In this document: positions 1 to 13,524 of the stretch, piece after piece | Numbering within the stretch: position 1 is the stretch's first letter | Layout: each line of letters starts with the position of its first letter | From: Octopus sinensis | Lineage: Eukaryota | NCBI RefSeq assembly: GCF_006345805.1 | Contig: NC_042999.1 | Span: 119,784,001 to 119,848,000, forward strand | DNA length: 64,000 nucleotides | Direction of reading: 5' to 3' | Notes under the pieces: generated by a model | Databases searched by the model: none | What the model saw: the letters and a program-made list of their open reading frames with translations, nothing else | What the model was told of the DNA's origin: nothing | Translations under genes and position numbers: made by a program

Positions 1-59
1 AGAGGTTCGTTCTTTGTGCGTAAAGCGTCGTGCGAAGTATAATCGGTGTTCGTAAGGTA

Positions 60-290
60 AATAATCGAACATTAAAAATAATAAGAGAACAAGAAGACGT
101 GAACATGGAATGTACTAGTTGGACACGCGGTAAAACGATAGGGTTTCTGATATTTTGAGCATAACTCTTTGTCAGAAATAAAAAATCAGAATAAAAAATC
201 CAGAGAAAGAACATTGAAATGGAAAGAGATAATGAAAGTGGATTTTGGGAATAGGAGAGTGCGAAAATGGCCAGTGTGTATGTGGTAGTA
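60..290 (-). mobile_element. Decayed copy of the HHR-bearing PLE-type repeat also seen at 3085-3352
   Basis: Reverse complement reads tttCTGACAAagagttatgctcAAAAtatcagaaaccct...gtgtccaactagtacattccatgttcacgtcttc, paralleling tttCCGACGAagagctccgttcGAAAcgttaaaccct...gcgtccaataatactttatttgttccacgtcctt at 3222-3312. Boundaries approximate. Confidence 0.55.
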
Positions 291-386
291 TCTGTGTGCG
301 TGTGTGTTTGTGTTTATGTGAATGATGTATGTATAATGGTGTTAATCAACGAGCAGGTTAGTGGCGGGTGTTCAATTCGGCAGGTG

Positions 387-1160
387 GGATCTTTTCCTTT
401 TGAACGGCAGTTTTCAACACAATTTCTAGTTAACTAAACACATTTAAACTTCGTATACTGGTAGAATGTGTCAAAATAAAACATTTTTTCTCTTGGCTTT
501 CTTGAGAAAATTGTAATTTGTAAGTTTAACGTAGTTTAATTTTTCGAATTTTAGCCAATCCTATATAACTCTTTATTTTTATTCTAGAAGTTAGCTAAAA
601 TCATTTGCTGCTTCTAAAACTGACAACATCCTGTCACTAACCCTAACCCTCACCCTAACCCTAAATTTTAGCCTTTCGTTTTTTTTCTTAATTGTTAAAT
701 TAATTTAAGGATAACAATTAAGAAAAAAATACGAAAGGCTAAAACGAAAGCAATGGGAAATAATTTTAATTTAACAATTAAGAAAAAAAACGAAAGGCTA
801 AACGAAAGCAAAAACTCAAAACAAAAACAAAACGAATAATTTTAGACACACGCGTAACAATTAAATTAATTTAATAATTAAGAAAAAAAAAACGAAAGGC
901 TAAAATTTAGGGTTAGGATTAGGGTTAGGGTTAGTGACGGGATGTTGTCTCAGTTTTAGACGCAGCAAATGATTTTAGCTAAATAGAGGATTGGTTAAAA
1001 TTCAAAAAATTAAACTACGTTAAACTTACAAATTACAATTTTCTCAAGAAAGCCAAGAGAAAAATGCTTTATTTTGACACATTCTACCAGTATACGAAGT
1101 TTAAAAGTGTTTAGTTAACTAGAAATTGTGTTGAAAACTGCCGTTCAAAGGAAAAGATCC
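387..1160. mobile_element. Non-autonomous foldback/MITE-like DNA transposon with ~300-bp TIRs and 8-bp TSD
   Basis: 387-~705 is the reverse complement of ~865-1160 (ends GGATCTTTTCC...GGAAAAGATCC). GGCAGGTG lies at both 379-386 and 1161-1168. The centre holds direct subrepeats (acaattaagaaaaaa..cgaaaggctaaa). No ORF. Confidence 0.9.
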
Positions 1161-3084
1161 GGCAGGTGTTCAATTCGGTGAACTTGGATACATTGTACGG
1201 TAAATACAGAACACATAATGTTATCCTTAAACCATCATATACAACCACGGTATTGAAACATCTCATTCACTTTGTAGTAAGAAAATATTTGCTAAAATAT
1301 AGTGAAAGTTCGACGAAAAATTGGGCAAAATAAACCTTCTTACAATTGATAACAAAACGAAAAAGAAAAAGAAAAGCATCGGTGGTGAAATGCTCAATGC
1401 ATGAAGATCATATTAATTTCTAGAAGCTGGCATTACCTGTGCAAATGTTTTTTGAATATGTCTAGTTACTTAAATAGAAAATAGTCTCATTTCACAGCAA
1501 AGTCTTCGCTATGCAATATCATCCACAAAATTGCTCTAATGCAGATTCTAGCTCTAATATTTCACAATCAATAAAAGTTTCAAGTCTATTTTTGAAAAAC
1601 ACCGAAAATATTTTCATATCATAAACGCTAAACCAGAAGGAAGGGAAGTTACATACTTTAGAAATTTGTCTCCGTACATGAAATAATGATTATACTGTTT
1701 ATTTTCTACAGATCTCACAATGAAAAATCTCAATATTTTCTTTATGGAGAATTGTAAGAATATTCTATAACCATTTTGCAGTGTATTTACCAACTATAAA
1801 TATTCTATTCTTGAATGTCTAAAGTTTGCGAGATAATCTAAAGGCGTTAATAGTACGGTAACAACTTATGACTGAATAGTATAACGAAAATACAAAAATG
1901 AAAAAAATAAACGCTACAAATCTAAATCACAGTGCTCGTAACACTCGGGCTTTAAAAACCAAAATTGAAATTCACACCTTGGGTGTTACAAGACAAATGT
2001 AGACTTCTCTGGCTTATATCAGTTACACATAAATAACGTCTATGATAGAACAACGTTTAATGTTTTCGAAACTAACAGCAGTTCTATGTATCACAAATCA
2101 TTGACAACTCACTTCCAAAGCGAACAGCATATTCAGGTTACTCCCACAGGAAGCGTATTCTGATCAAACAATATTAAGTGAATGGCTATGATAGTGATTA
2201 TATAGGTTCTCTGAAATATTATGGCAGAAATAATCTAGGTTCTCAAAATTTTATCAATACCTATAAATATAATTAAAAAAAAGGATCAGTCGTATATAAA
2301 ATGATGGAGCTTGAAGAAAGACCATAATATATTTCTCCGGTGATTTCTTCTTGATCATAAATCCCCTGAGTGCTCCTACCGAATGCTTAAATATTAACGT
2401 TCCGATTTTCAAAGGAAACGCTGCTGTGTTAGGTGATCAAAGAAGATTGATAGTGGATTTACTGAGGTGAGAAGAATAAGGGTAAGCCTCCTCAAAAATA
2501 AGTTTGGACGGATGGAGATTGTTTACGAAACAAATTATTTGAATACCGATATGTATGCTTTGCAATGGCTATTGAAACACAGAAAAACCATGTCACGTAT
2601 AAAAGACAATAGTTGCCAAAATCCTGGGAAGAAATTAACTAGCATATTTCATGAATAGTCAGATTAAAGAAAAAAGAAAAAAGCAATTATCAATATTTTA
2701 AACTTGTTTATTTAGAACAAATATTTTCCGTAATTAAAGTCCGTAAAATTTGATTAAATTTAGGATCATACATTCTTGTATCGTTAACAATTCTTAAACG
2801 TCTTTACTCCGGTTGCTTTGAAATATGTTGATGATATCTTCATGCATACATCCATTCATACATACACACATGTATATATGCATATATATATATGTATGTA
2901 TATATGTGTGTGTATATGTGTGTGTATATATCCTTCAAAACTTCCATGCTTCCTGAGATTCGCCAACACTACACCTGATTTTCTCCCTCCATTCACACGC
3001 AAGCATGTATCTGACTCATACATTGTTCACTTCCCAGACATTTGTACATTAATGCATATGCTTTATACGCACCTTTGACAATTT

Positions 3085-3352
3085 GTGGTGCACCTGAGCA
3101 CTGTATACAATAATTTCATTATTATTATTTATTAATATATCTGCATATATGTGACCTCGTGAGTACCACTGGCGATTTTTTTTCCTCTGTCTTCCCTTCT
3201 CGGGATCTTTCCTTCTCCTATGTTTCCGACGAAGAGCTCCGTTCGAAACGTTAAACCCTCCTTCTTCCCTTCTTTCCTGAGCGTCCAATAATACTTTATT
3301 TGTTCCACGTCCTTGCGTTGTTGTGTTTTTTTGTTTTCTTGTTTGGATTAAC
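3085..3352 (+). mobile_element. Short non-coding PLE/retrozyme-type repeat carrying a hammerhead motif
   Basis: Unique-sequence island between (TA)/(CA) microsatellites, containing the HHR at 3222-3256; homologous to 60-290. Boundaries approximate. Confidence 0.55.
3222..3256 (+). ncRNA. Minimal type-I hammerhead ribozyme motif (U4C variant)
   Basis: GTTT-CCGACGA-A-GAGC-tcc-GTTC-GAAAC-GTT-AAAC: helix I GTTT/AAAC, helix II GAGC/GTTC, palindromic ACGT helix III, GUU cleavage triplet. Core is CCGACGA instead of CUGANGA. Confidence 0.7.
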
Positions 3353-4195
3353 TTTATATATATATATATATATACACAGATACACAGGCACACACAGATA
3401 CACCATTTTATATATATATGTACATATACATATATATGCATACACACATGCAAATATACATGAACACATATACACAGATATGCATACGCAGTTTGAAGTA
3501 ACGTCAAAATACTTGAAACACCAAAAGGGAATGGGATGCAGGTAATGTGACAAACACTGCAATGTGACAAACACTGCAGACACAATGGAATGAATACTGA
3601 AGATATATAAGAAGCTGCCCGAAAATATCATCACAGAATTGCCTATGGGACATTACGTAACAAAACCCTGGGAAATATAAACATAAAGACATAAACCCAA
3701 AGTGTTATAGTGACGTAGAAGGCATTATAATAAATATGAAAGACGAATGTGCCTGTCGAGACTAAAATAAAATGTAGCCATAACAGCCTAGACATAACGA
3801 TTCTTGACAAGAGAAAACATTATACACAACAGTTGAAATCAGTTGCCCAGGAGATGTTAACATCATGTTCAAGATTAATGAAAAGAGAAAACATTAAAGC
3901 CAAACTGGTAAGAAATCTGCAGTTACTCTAATCAAACTAGCTTTTTAACGTCTAATTATAATTACTGGAGTAATTGCTTTGGAAGTTAACGGCCTCCGTA
4001 TTTAATTTGAGAAGCTGTGTTTCACAAAACTAGGAAGAACATACTCAGTCAAAAGAATACGTGAAAAAAGTGTAGCATAAAAATATGCACGTACATAACA
4101 TTTATGTCTACACCCGAACGTGTTTTTCCAGATACATATGTATGTGCCTACAGTCTACAAGCATACGATTATGCGTGCCTACATACGTAGATAGA

Positions 4196-4232
<37 letters not shown>

Positions 4233-5349
4233 TTAGAGTAATACATATCTAACGCTTTGGTACAGTCTGAATTACAAATGAAACAGCCTTGTTTCTTGGC
4301 TACAAACAGGCTCTTACACCATTGTTGAGAAATTCGAAAGATAAAAGCAGGAAAGCATGCACACACGACGCGCACACACACACACAGACGCGCTCAATTA
4401 TACAGATGCACGCACACACACACATACAGACGTGCGGAGACACGCATACAGATTTTCACACATATATGTGCTTTCTTGACTGGCCTAAGGGCAACTTAGG
4501 AACTCCACAGATCCAGGATTAGCCTGATCACCAGATAAATCTCTTCTCCCAGCTGTCATTCTTCTACCTACGGGCAAATGCAGACAACAGAACCTGTCGC
4601 TTGGAAAATGTACTTCACTCTCACGTTTGAACAAGTTTACTGTGACAGTGTCTCTTTCGACTTTTAACTTCTCCAAACGACGCTGTAAAATATGATGAAG
4701 ACTTCGCTGAATATCTAAAGTGTACGTGAGTAGTCACTTCTGTTTCCCTCCACCGCTAATCTTCCACCATAGACACCAGACCAAAGAACACTTTACCTTT
4801 ATGGCCAAGGAATGAACTCGGTCAGTAATGATAAAAAATAAGTGCAATCACATCAAAAATATCGACAAAAACAGTAACAACAAATAACAGCTATAACAAT
4901 TTCTAATTTGGGTACAAAGACAGCAATATGGAGGGAATTGGGTTTATCGAAAACATTGACACAGCACTTCATTGGTATTTATCTTATTTTATCGACAACT
5001 GGGATAAAAAGCAAAAGCGAGCTCTTTCAAATTTTTTCGTAGTCATGCGAATCAATAGCTTCATTCAAATCCCCGACCAGTCTTGCCCTGACCTTCAAAG
5101 TTTTAGATTTTTGTATTCTCCATCGTTCAAACCATCACCAGCAACAGTCGCTATATATTTATTGACGTTGAGACGGACGCCATCTTTACCTTACCCATTC
5201 ACCTGCATATGTTTAAGGAATGATTATGAAATTCTCTTTATTGACTGCAGTAGTGGCATTGATCTTGAATTAGCATTTCTTTTGTTTTTTAAATCAATTG
5301 CTCCGAAAACGTAAGAGCTACTAGAATAAAATGGACGCTAACCAGAAGT

Positions 5350-5700
5350 TAATATGTGACGATGTACATTAGACTTAAAAGACTGGAGGTCATATTGAAG
5401 AGAAAGACAAAACCTTGGAAGGGAATTCCAAAGTTCAGAGGTGCGATGAAAGAAACTGGTACTGTGAAGTGCTTTACGACGCTTAGGATGTTTCTCTGAT
5501 AAAAACTGGATGTAAGTCTAATTGATCGGTGATAAGTTCTTAAAGAAAAAACCAGAGAAGAGAGCTCAGCTGAAGAGTGTCCATGAAAAACTTATAGGAA
5601 AGAGACAAGACGATGTCACGCCTACTATCCGTCTTGTGCGAATAACGAAAGATTTTCTCCATTAGCTTTAGGGACCTTTCTATCTTTACATTCGTCACCC
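5350..5700 (-). mobile_element. 3' end fragment of a CR1/Jockey-group LINE
   Basis: Minus-strand translations RRDIVLSLSYKFFM..QLSSLL, STSFFHRTSELWNSLP and YDLQSFKSNVHRHIL match the typical ORF2 C-terminus (SFF.RT..LWNSLP...YDL..FK). Confidence 0.7.
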
Positions 5701-7086
5701 TCACAAATGACCATCTTCTTGTGCCTATGCATGGCCATGCCACTGTAAAGTTGCTGGTATTCTCTTATCAACCCATGTAACACAACCAGAGTGATCATCC
5801 TTTCTTCTTTTTAAAAGCAATTTCTGAACATCTTTAATTCCATTTTTCGCATTCTCAGTCTTTTGACGACGTCTGTTACAGTTTCAGAGGTCACAGAACT
5901 TGTTGAATTCATTATTGTTGTTTTGTTGCTGTTGCTTCGCTGCCTTCAGATGTGACATATGGCAAGTGCATTGGAAGCAGTGGGTAGTGTTGTGGGTAGT
6001 GGTTTTAGCTTTGTTGATTGCAATGGTAGCAAAGTTACGCCACAAACTATATTGCTTCCATGCTACTCTCTGTTTCTATCAGTTTCTTGACGTTTCTTGA
6101 TGCTTGTTGTAGAGGTGTTATCTGTGGATGTTACAATTAATAAACTTGTAGCAGTGCTTGTAATAGGTGTGTCAGTCGCTAAGCGAGTATTACCGATATT
6201 CTTGCCTTTGATGATGCTGTTAGCATCAATACCACACTGCCATTACCAACAACAACAATAACCGCAACAACAATAATGACAATTGCTTCTAGTATAGGAA
6301 CATAGTTGGCATTTAGGGGAAGGAACCCAATTACATTGACTAATTGACTGGTACATATTTTATCGATGAAAGCCAAAGTCTACCTCAGCGAGATTTGAAC
6401 ACTGAACGCAAAGAAACGGAAGAAACAAATATTGGAAGGAATTTTTTCCGTTGTGCTAATGATTCTGACGATCCAGCGCCCTCAGTAATACTATTTTCCA
6501 ATATAGGCATACGACTAGTAATTTGAGAACTGGATTAGTCGATTATATCTACCCTTACACTTTGGTATTGTATCTTATAGTTTCTTGAAAGATGAAAGGA
6601 AAATTTGGCCTTCGAGACAAGTAATGATTGGCACAAGGAAACAGCTTTTGAAGAAGGGATGCAAGCAGTTAATTAGATTCTCATTATATATCTGTTACTT
6701 TCAAACTCATAGACTCACATACACACACGCACGCACCCCTCCAATACACAGAGAAAATGATGAATTGGCACAGTGCTACTGTGAGAGTGCCTTGCGTTAT
6801 TCGTTCCTACTGTATGCGTCCCGAGTTCAAACCCCGCTAAGGTATACTTTATTTTCATCTTTTCCAGGTTGGCAAATCATGTACTAGTTCAGTACTGGGG
6901 CCAATTCTTATCTTTCATTATTTCCATCTATCTTTAACTCAGGCCCTCATTTCCTGGAAGTAATCGGCTGTAGTAATACCCGAAGAGAGATGAGCCCTGT
7001 CAAGATTGAAATTGCCTAAAACATGCAGAGTATCACGACTGTGATTCGCCTGCACTTCAGGTTTCAAAGTATTTCAATGTATATAC

Positions 7087-7213
7087 ATACATTCATACTT
7101 GTGCGTATGTATGTATGTATGTATGTATGTATGTATGTATGTATGTATGTATGTATGTATGTATGTATGTATGTATGTATGTATGTATGTATGTATATAT
7201 GTATGTATGTATG
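7087..7213. repeat. (TATG)n microsatellite
   Basis: Directly visible tetranucleotide array; similar arrays at ~14400-14545, ~20880-20960 and ~51007-51122. Confidence 0.95.
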
Positions 7214-8878
7214 CAAAGCTTGTGTGTGTATGAGTGCATGTTTGTTTATAAATCTTCCGAGCTCAGTAAAAATTGAAACTTTTTTCTATTTTTTACCTGG
7301 ATTTAAAGTAATGCATTCTCAACATATTCAGAGGTAAATCAGTATGATGAGCTAAGAGAAGAGATCTTGCAATTTGTACCGGACGGAAAGTCTAGCATAA
7401 CTATTTTCTTAAGGTCTTATATAAAATTAACGAAAAGATTTGAAGCTTCAAACACCAGCTCTCAAAAACTTACTACAAACCTCATAAATAGATAACTGGT
7501 ACAGTGCTTAACTTTACTACGCACTACCTCCAGAATTTCCAAACTATTATTAAACTTATCTTCAGACAATAAATTTTCTAGTTTAATACTTCTAGTTTAT
7601 TATGAAATGTAACCTACTTAACCTTTTGAGGTCTTAAAGTTAGATATTAACATTCTTTATTAACTTTAGTTATTAAATTCATATTTTAACACTGAAAATT
7701 AGTTCCTAAATCCATCTACTCATACTTTGTGCCATTATACCAAATACTTACTTCAATTCTTTACTTTAAACATCTGATCATAATCATTTTATTAATTTGA
7801 TTATGAATGCAATCATCAACTTAATGCAAAACTATCTTTAGCTTTACTTTATTTCACTCAATTGTATAAACATAATTATGTTTTATCTATTTGCTTATTT
7901 CTTTTATATTTATTAACATTCATATTACTTATATATTGTTGTTGTTATTTCATCTATTTGTTTTTTTTTAATATCTCGTTCCTGTTATTTCATCTATATG
8001 TGTTTTATAAAATATATTGCTGTTCTTTCATCCATATTTTTTTAAATATATCTTTTCTGTTCATCTTGATTTTTAAGGTTTCATTTAATTATCTGTTTAA
8101 ATGGTTTTCTTAGTTTAGAAAAATTTTAATCCTTTATTTTTCAAATTAAGTTAAGATTTTTCTCCACACAAAACTTAACACATTTAGTTATCTACATAAA
8201 CCAATACATTTCTCGACGATAGTTTCTGCTATCTTTTTATGACACTCCGCTTCATCCATACATTCACTTTATCTTTAATCGCTTTTCAAATATTTTATAT
8301 AATTAATAAAAAAAAAAACTTGTTCAGTTCTCATTATTTTCCCCTTGCTCCTAATTTTATGCTTTCTAATAGCATTCTCTCATATTTTTATTTAGCACTT
8401 TCACTGCAATATATTGCAATAAACTTTCGATCATTTTCTTTACCAAACCTCTTTCTCGTTCTCCGCTTAATTACATTAGTATTTACATTTTAATTTAATT
8501 TCCTTTCTTTTCTATTTCTATACTTTGCGTTTCGTTTCCTCTTTTTCCTTCTCACACCAAATAAACTCTTTTACATTTATATTTCTTATTTCACCTACCA
8601 TTAATCTACTTAGTTTTTCTGTCACATATGTTATACGTATTACAAAGAAATACTTTTGCTACAGTTCAATACGAAATACTTTTCTAGCAGATATTACCAC
8701 TTGTTATTCATAATACATTAAAATATCACAATCTTAACGATTGAGATATTTAAGCTCGTTGAAGGATTTGGAACCAATTAAAAACAAGAAAATACTTCAA
8801 TTATATACTGGTAACGTATACTCGCACAAACAAGATCTCTGAAAAAGAAGTGCACTCTAAAACATTAGAGCCATAACG

Positions 8879-8947
<69 letters not shown>

Positions 8948-8948
8948 T

Positions 8949-8979
<31 letters not shown>

Positions 8980-10141
8980 GTATGTGTGTGTGTGCGTATG
9001 CGTGTGTGTTTGTGTGTGTATATATAATATGAATATATATATATATATTAATTTATCTACATATATATTATTTTCACGGTGTCAATTATTCAAACAATAT
9101 TCAGTCTGTTTGAATAATGGCGCAAAACTCATATTCAGAATATATAGAATGTAAGAAAATGCACTAAGTGGATTTTCTTAGTTTCTAAACAACATATTCC
9201 ATATATGTCACGATTCCATATATATATATATGCACTTATATATTATGTGTGTGCATTTTTGTGTCTAGATATAGATGCCCGAAACTAGCCACTGTGCTAC
9301 GAATTACAACGAATTCCACAGTGTTCCGATATTTGGAATGTAGTGTAGGCTGGAACCAGAAAGGTTAACCTATACATAATCTATTATGGTATATTACGCA
9401 AAAGGACTTTCATAGAAAAAGTGCGCACAAAATTTCAAAAGCCTTGTGAAAGCTGTTCGGGGAAAATATAGCCAATTTTTGAATTTGACTGTAAGTATTG
9501 GTCGGATATTGGAAATTGCCGTTATCTTCTTGTGTTTTGCATGGCTGTGTGAACACATGTTTGTATGTTTAATATAAAGCAGGAACATTCTAAAGATCAC
9601 CCAATCTTGTATGTTTCCCCAGGTATGCTAAACACTAGAAGATAACACAATCTCTCTATCCAATCAGTTCTGCGTCAAATTCAAATATTCAATGAATGCT
9701 AGAATCAGTGGTGATTTTTTAGTGCCTTTTTTTCTTCAACTGTATTTTTCGTGTAAATTTATTCAATAGATGTATATTTATTGCCTTTTCTTACGCCATC
9801 TTCCACTTCTGTGGAAAGAGTGGAATCATGAAAGGAAAGCCAGAGTATTGTGTGTTGAAATTTCTAACTACAAAAAATATCATAACGCTCTTTATCTCGC
9901 ATTAGTAATCTATTTTTACCTTTTTGTTGCCCAAGAATGTTCTCCTAAACATATACATGCACACGCACAAGAATATATATATATATATATATATACAGAG
10001 AGAGAAAGATAGATAGATAGATAGATAGAAAGATAGATGCACAAACGCACACACGCACATATATATCAGTATTTCTGTCTTCCTATCTATCAATCTACCT
10101 ATCTCTCTTTCACACACACACTCTATCTCTCTCTCTTATAC

Positions 10142-10174
<33 letters not shown>

Positions 10175-10207
10175 ATTATATATATATATATATATAATTA
10201 ACTGTAT

Positions 10208-10245
<38 letters not shown>

Positions 10246-10589
10246 ATACAATCAATTCCAGTAATATTATTATAGTGAGGTTGCTGATAACGACACGCAC
10301 GTATATCCAAACGGTTTCAACCATATGACATATAGAAAAGGCAGCCAACATAAACGCAATGGAATAAAATGAAAATAGAAAACACGTAACCTAAACACGC
10401 ACATGCTCACACACACGCACGCACAAACACACACTCTCTCTCACACACACATGTGACGCACAAAAAAACATTGACTCAACAATATTAAGGTGGTCTGATA
10501 AATTTAATACACATGGTACTGATTCTAATAGTAAAAGAGAAATAATATAATAATTTTCTCCATTGTCATATCAATAAACAATAAACAGG

Positions 10590-11020
10590 GTGCAATAAAT
10601 ATTAAACGAATTACATCTATATTTGGTCTTTATACTTAGTTACTTCATTCATGCCTGGGGATATTTTCATCTATTGGGATTTAAATATCAATATATAAAG
10701 TACCTTTGTCTTTATGGTCCTTGATAATAATGTTAATGTGGTTTGTATTTATGTCTCTCTCACTATGTAAATAGGTGTCCTATATTCGTATAGTTTATTT
10801 TCCGGTATTGTTTAAAATGTGCTTGTGTTATTAGATTTGTGTGTGAAGTCTATATTACTGAAAGAACTTCTTTTGTAAAGAATTTCATGTATGTTTTGGT
10901 GTGCTTGTTGATATATTCATTCTTTTCTATGACAACTTATAATGATGTCGTCAAGTGTCTTCTAGTCTCTCTGACTTTGTAGTTAGTTAGATATTAAAGG
11001 AGTTCTTCGTAAACAAAAAT
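10590..11020 (-). mobile_element. Old Dong/R4-type LINE remnant (REL endonuclease region)
   Basis: Minus strand gives CNFC...KTLDDIIISC and NIIIKDHKDKGTLYIDI*IPIDENI...VTKYKD, paralleling CRFC..ETVDHLISGC and PDIVVKDQNNKVCLLIDISIPCDHNI..KYKDL in the 42071-43936 copy. Confidence 0.6.
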
Positions 11021-11087
11021 TACACTAGTTGTGTGCCCTCTTATCAAAGAACCTTATCAAAGGACCTTTATGTGTGCGTGAGAGAGG

Positions 11088-11119
<32 letters not shown>

Positions 11120-11957
11120 ATGTGCGTGTGTGTGTTTGTGTGTGCGTGTGTGTGTGTGCGTGTGTGTGTTTATGTATGTATATGTATGTATGCAAGTATA
11201 TATGTATTTATATATACCTATTCATATATATATGCCACGAACCTCAGAAGACCAAAAAATATAAGCATAAGAAATTAAGAGACGAAATAAGATTACCTAT
11301 GGAGAAAAACTATCACGGTCAAAGTAAGTAATCTCTACAAACTATAAACCCACAAACAGTTTCCCCTTTACAAGAATGAAGAACCATTCAAAATAGCAAG
11401 GCTAAAACGAAAACAAAATTCACAAATAAGCATTTCAAATAGGTATTGCTATCATCAGCTACCAAACGGATATTACTACTATCGGTTCGACAACTGAGCA
11501 GTACTATGCAATCCTGAGGTGTCAACAGCATCAAACAAAAAAGATAAGCGCTGCTTGGGAATCAATAGTAAAAAGCAGGATCGAAACATTAGCGTAGTAC
11601 GTTCGTTACTACATGATGAGTGACATACGAAGGTGAAGTGGTTTTTAACGCTCTCTTCACATACTACACGAGTTACATTCATTCTCTGAGCCTACGACTT
11701 TAATGGTGTATAGATTTGAGTCAAACTGTGATTATGTTATTAAAAAAATATTTATATCTGTCTGTCTGTCTGTCTGTCTGTCTCTCCTCTCTCTCTCTAT
11801 CTATCTATCTATCTATTATCTATCATATATAATATTATATATATATATATATATATCTATATATATATATAAAAATATTATTTGAGACAAAACCACTATT
11901 TGCACAACAAACAAAGGAAAGACTTATCAATACATAAAATAATAAATAGTCAAAAAA

Positions 11958-12001
11958 CCGCACTACAATCGTTCTTGTCTTGATCGACAATCTTCAGGTG
12001 G
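11958..12001 (-). ncRNA. Degenerate hammerhead copy in the inverted arm
   Basis: Reverse complement CCAC-CTGAAGA-TTGTC-GATCAA-GACAA-GAAC-GATT-GTA-GTGC: GAAA core altered and helix I shortened relative to 13483-13524. Confidence 0.6.
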
Positions 12002-13482
12002 ACTTCCAATCTAAAAAAATCAAAATTTTAAAATATAAAAAATAATACTTTTAATAATAAAGTATAAATGAAAAAATATAAGTATATAATCATATATAAC
12101 CTATATATAATCATATCGAAAATATAGACTAAATACCAAGAATTCCCTAAAAAAAAACCATGATAAAACAAACTCTTAAAAACATATAACGATAAAATCT
12201 CCCTTTGCTAAACTCTATAACAAACCTATAAAGTAAACCCCCTAACCTAAACATTCACACACAATACACACACGTAAACCACAGACTCACGACTTATACA
12301 CATACCTATACTAACTTATAAACCTCAATATCACCAAATATTGTTGTATATATCGAGTTTTGTGAGTATGTATATGCGTATATGTGAGGGAGCATATGTA
12401 TCTGTTGTGTTGTGTGTGTGTTTGCGTGTGTGTGTGTTTGTGTGTGAATGTGTATTTGGGTTTGTTATTTAGGATTTGGGATGTATGTGTTAATTTGTCT
12501 GTGTGGGGAGGAGTGGTTTTTGGTGTATATTGAGGTTTATAAGTTAGTATAGGTTTGTGTATAAGTCTTGGTCTGTGGTTTACGTGTGGGTTTTTTGTGT
12601 GTGAATGTTTAGGTTAGGGGGGATTGCTATATAAGTTGTTATAGGGTTTAGCAAAGGGAGATTTTATCGTTATATGCTTTTATGAGTTTGGTTTATCATG
12701 GTTTTTTATGGTAATTTGTGGTATTTTGTCTATTTTAGGTGTTGGTTATTTTTTTACATTGTTTCATTCATAATTTTTGAGTGGTGTTCGTTTTGCCACG
12801 TGAATAACCGGGTGGTGGACTAGCGTTGCTTGGAATGTGAATGGAATAGTGTAGTAGTGAGGTAGGCATAGAGAATGGGATTGGGTTACTGCAAGTTGTT
12901 TGTTAGAGATGCTAAGGTGAGTTAAAGCTCATAAATGTATATAATGTTTTTTGTGGGTGTGTAAGTATTGTTGTATATGTCGAGTTTAGTGAGTATGTAT
13001 AGGCGTATATGTGAGGGAGTATATGTATCTTTTGTGTGTGAGTGTTTTGCGTGTGAGTGTGTGTTTTGTGTGTGAATGTGTATATGGGTTTGTTATTTAG
13101 GTTTTGGGATGTATGTGTTAATTGGTCTGTGTGGGGAGGGAGTGGGTTTTGGTGTATATTGAGGTTTATAAGTTAGTATAGGTATGGTATAAGTCGTGAG
13201 TCTGTGGTTTACGTGGTGTATTTGTGTGTGAATGTTTAGGTTAGGGGGTTTACTTATAGGGTTGTTATAGAGTTTAGCAAAGGAGATTTTATCGTTATAT
13301 GTTTTTAAGAGTTTTTGTTTTATCATGGTTTTTTTAGGGAATTCTTGGTAATTAGTCTATATTTTCGATATGGATTATATATAGGTTATATATGGATTAT
13401 ATACTTATATTTTTTCATTTATACTTTAATTATTAAAAGTATTATTTTATATTTTTAAATTTTGATTTTTTAGATTGGAAGT

Positions 13483-13524
13483 CCACCTGAAGATTGTCGA
13501 TCAAGACAAGAAACATTGTAGTGG
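13483..13524 (+). ncRNA. Minimal type-I hammerhead ribozyme with intact core
   Basis: CCAC-CTGAAGA-TTGTC-gatcaa-GACAA-GAAAC-att-GTA-GTGG: helix I CCAC/GTGG, CUGAAGA and GAAA core, 5-bp helix II, ACA-T-TGT palindromic helix III, GUA cleavage triplet. Confidence 0.85.

Noticed and set aside
637-934. Chromosome end or telomere fusion
   Set aside because: Only 4-5 imperfect units per side, symmetric inside TIRs bounded by a TSD; better explained as part of a transposon.
3545-3578. Short direct duplications (17 bp here; 16 bp at ~21766-21800; partial at ~60768-60828) as CRISPR-like arrays
   Set aside because: Two adjacent copies without spacers; ordinary slippage duplications.
7400-8700. Old L1/Tx1-like remnant on the minus strand
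   Set aside because: Strand skew and one weak W..R-like motif are insufficient.
11425-11465. Minus-strand CTGATGA...GAAA motif
   Set aside because: Helix II is offset and no helix I or III partner was found.
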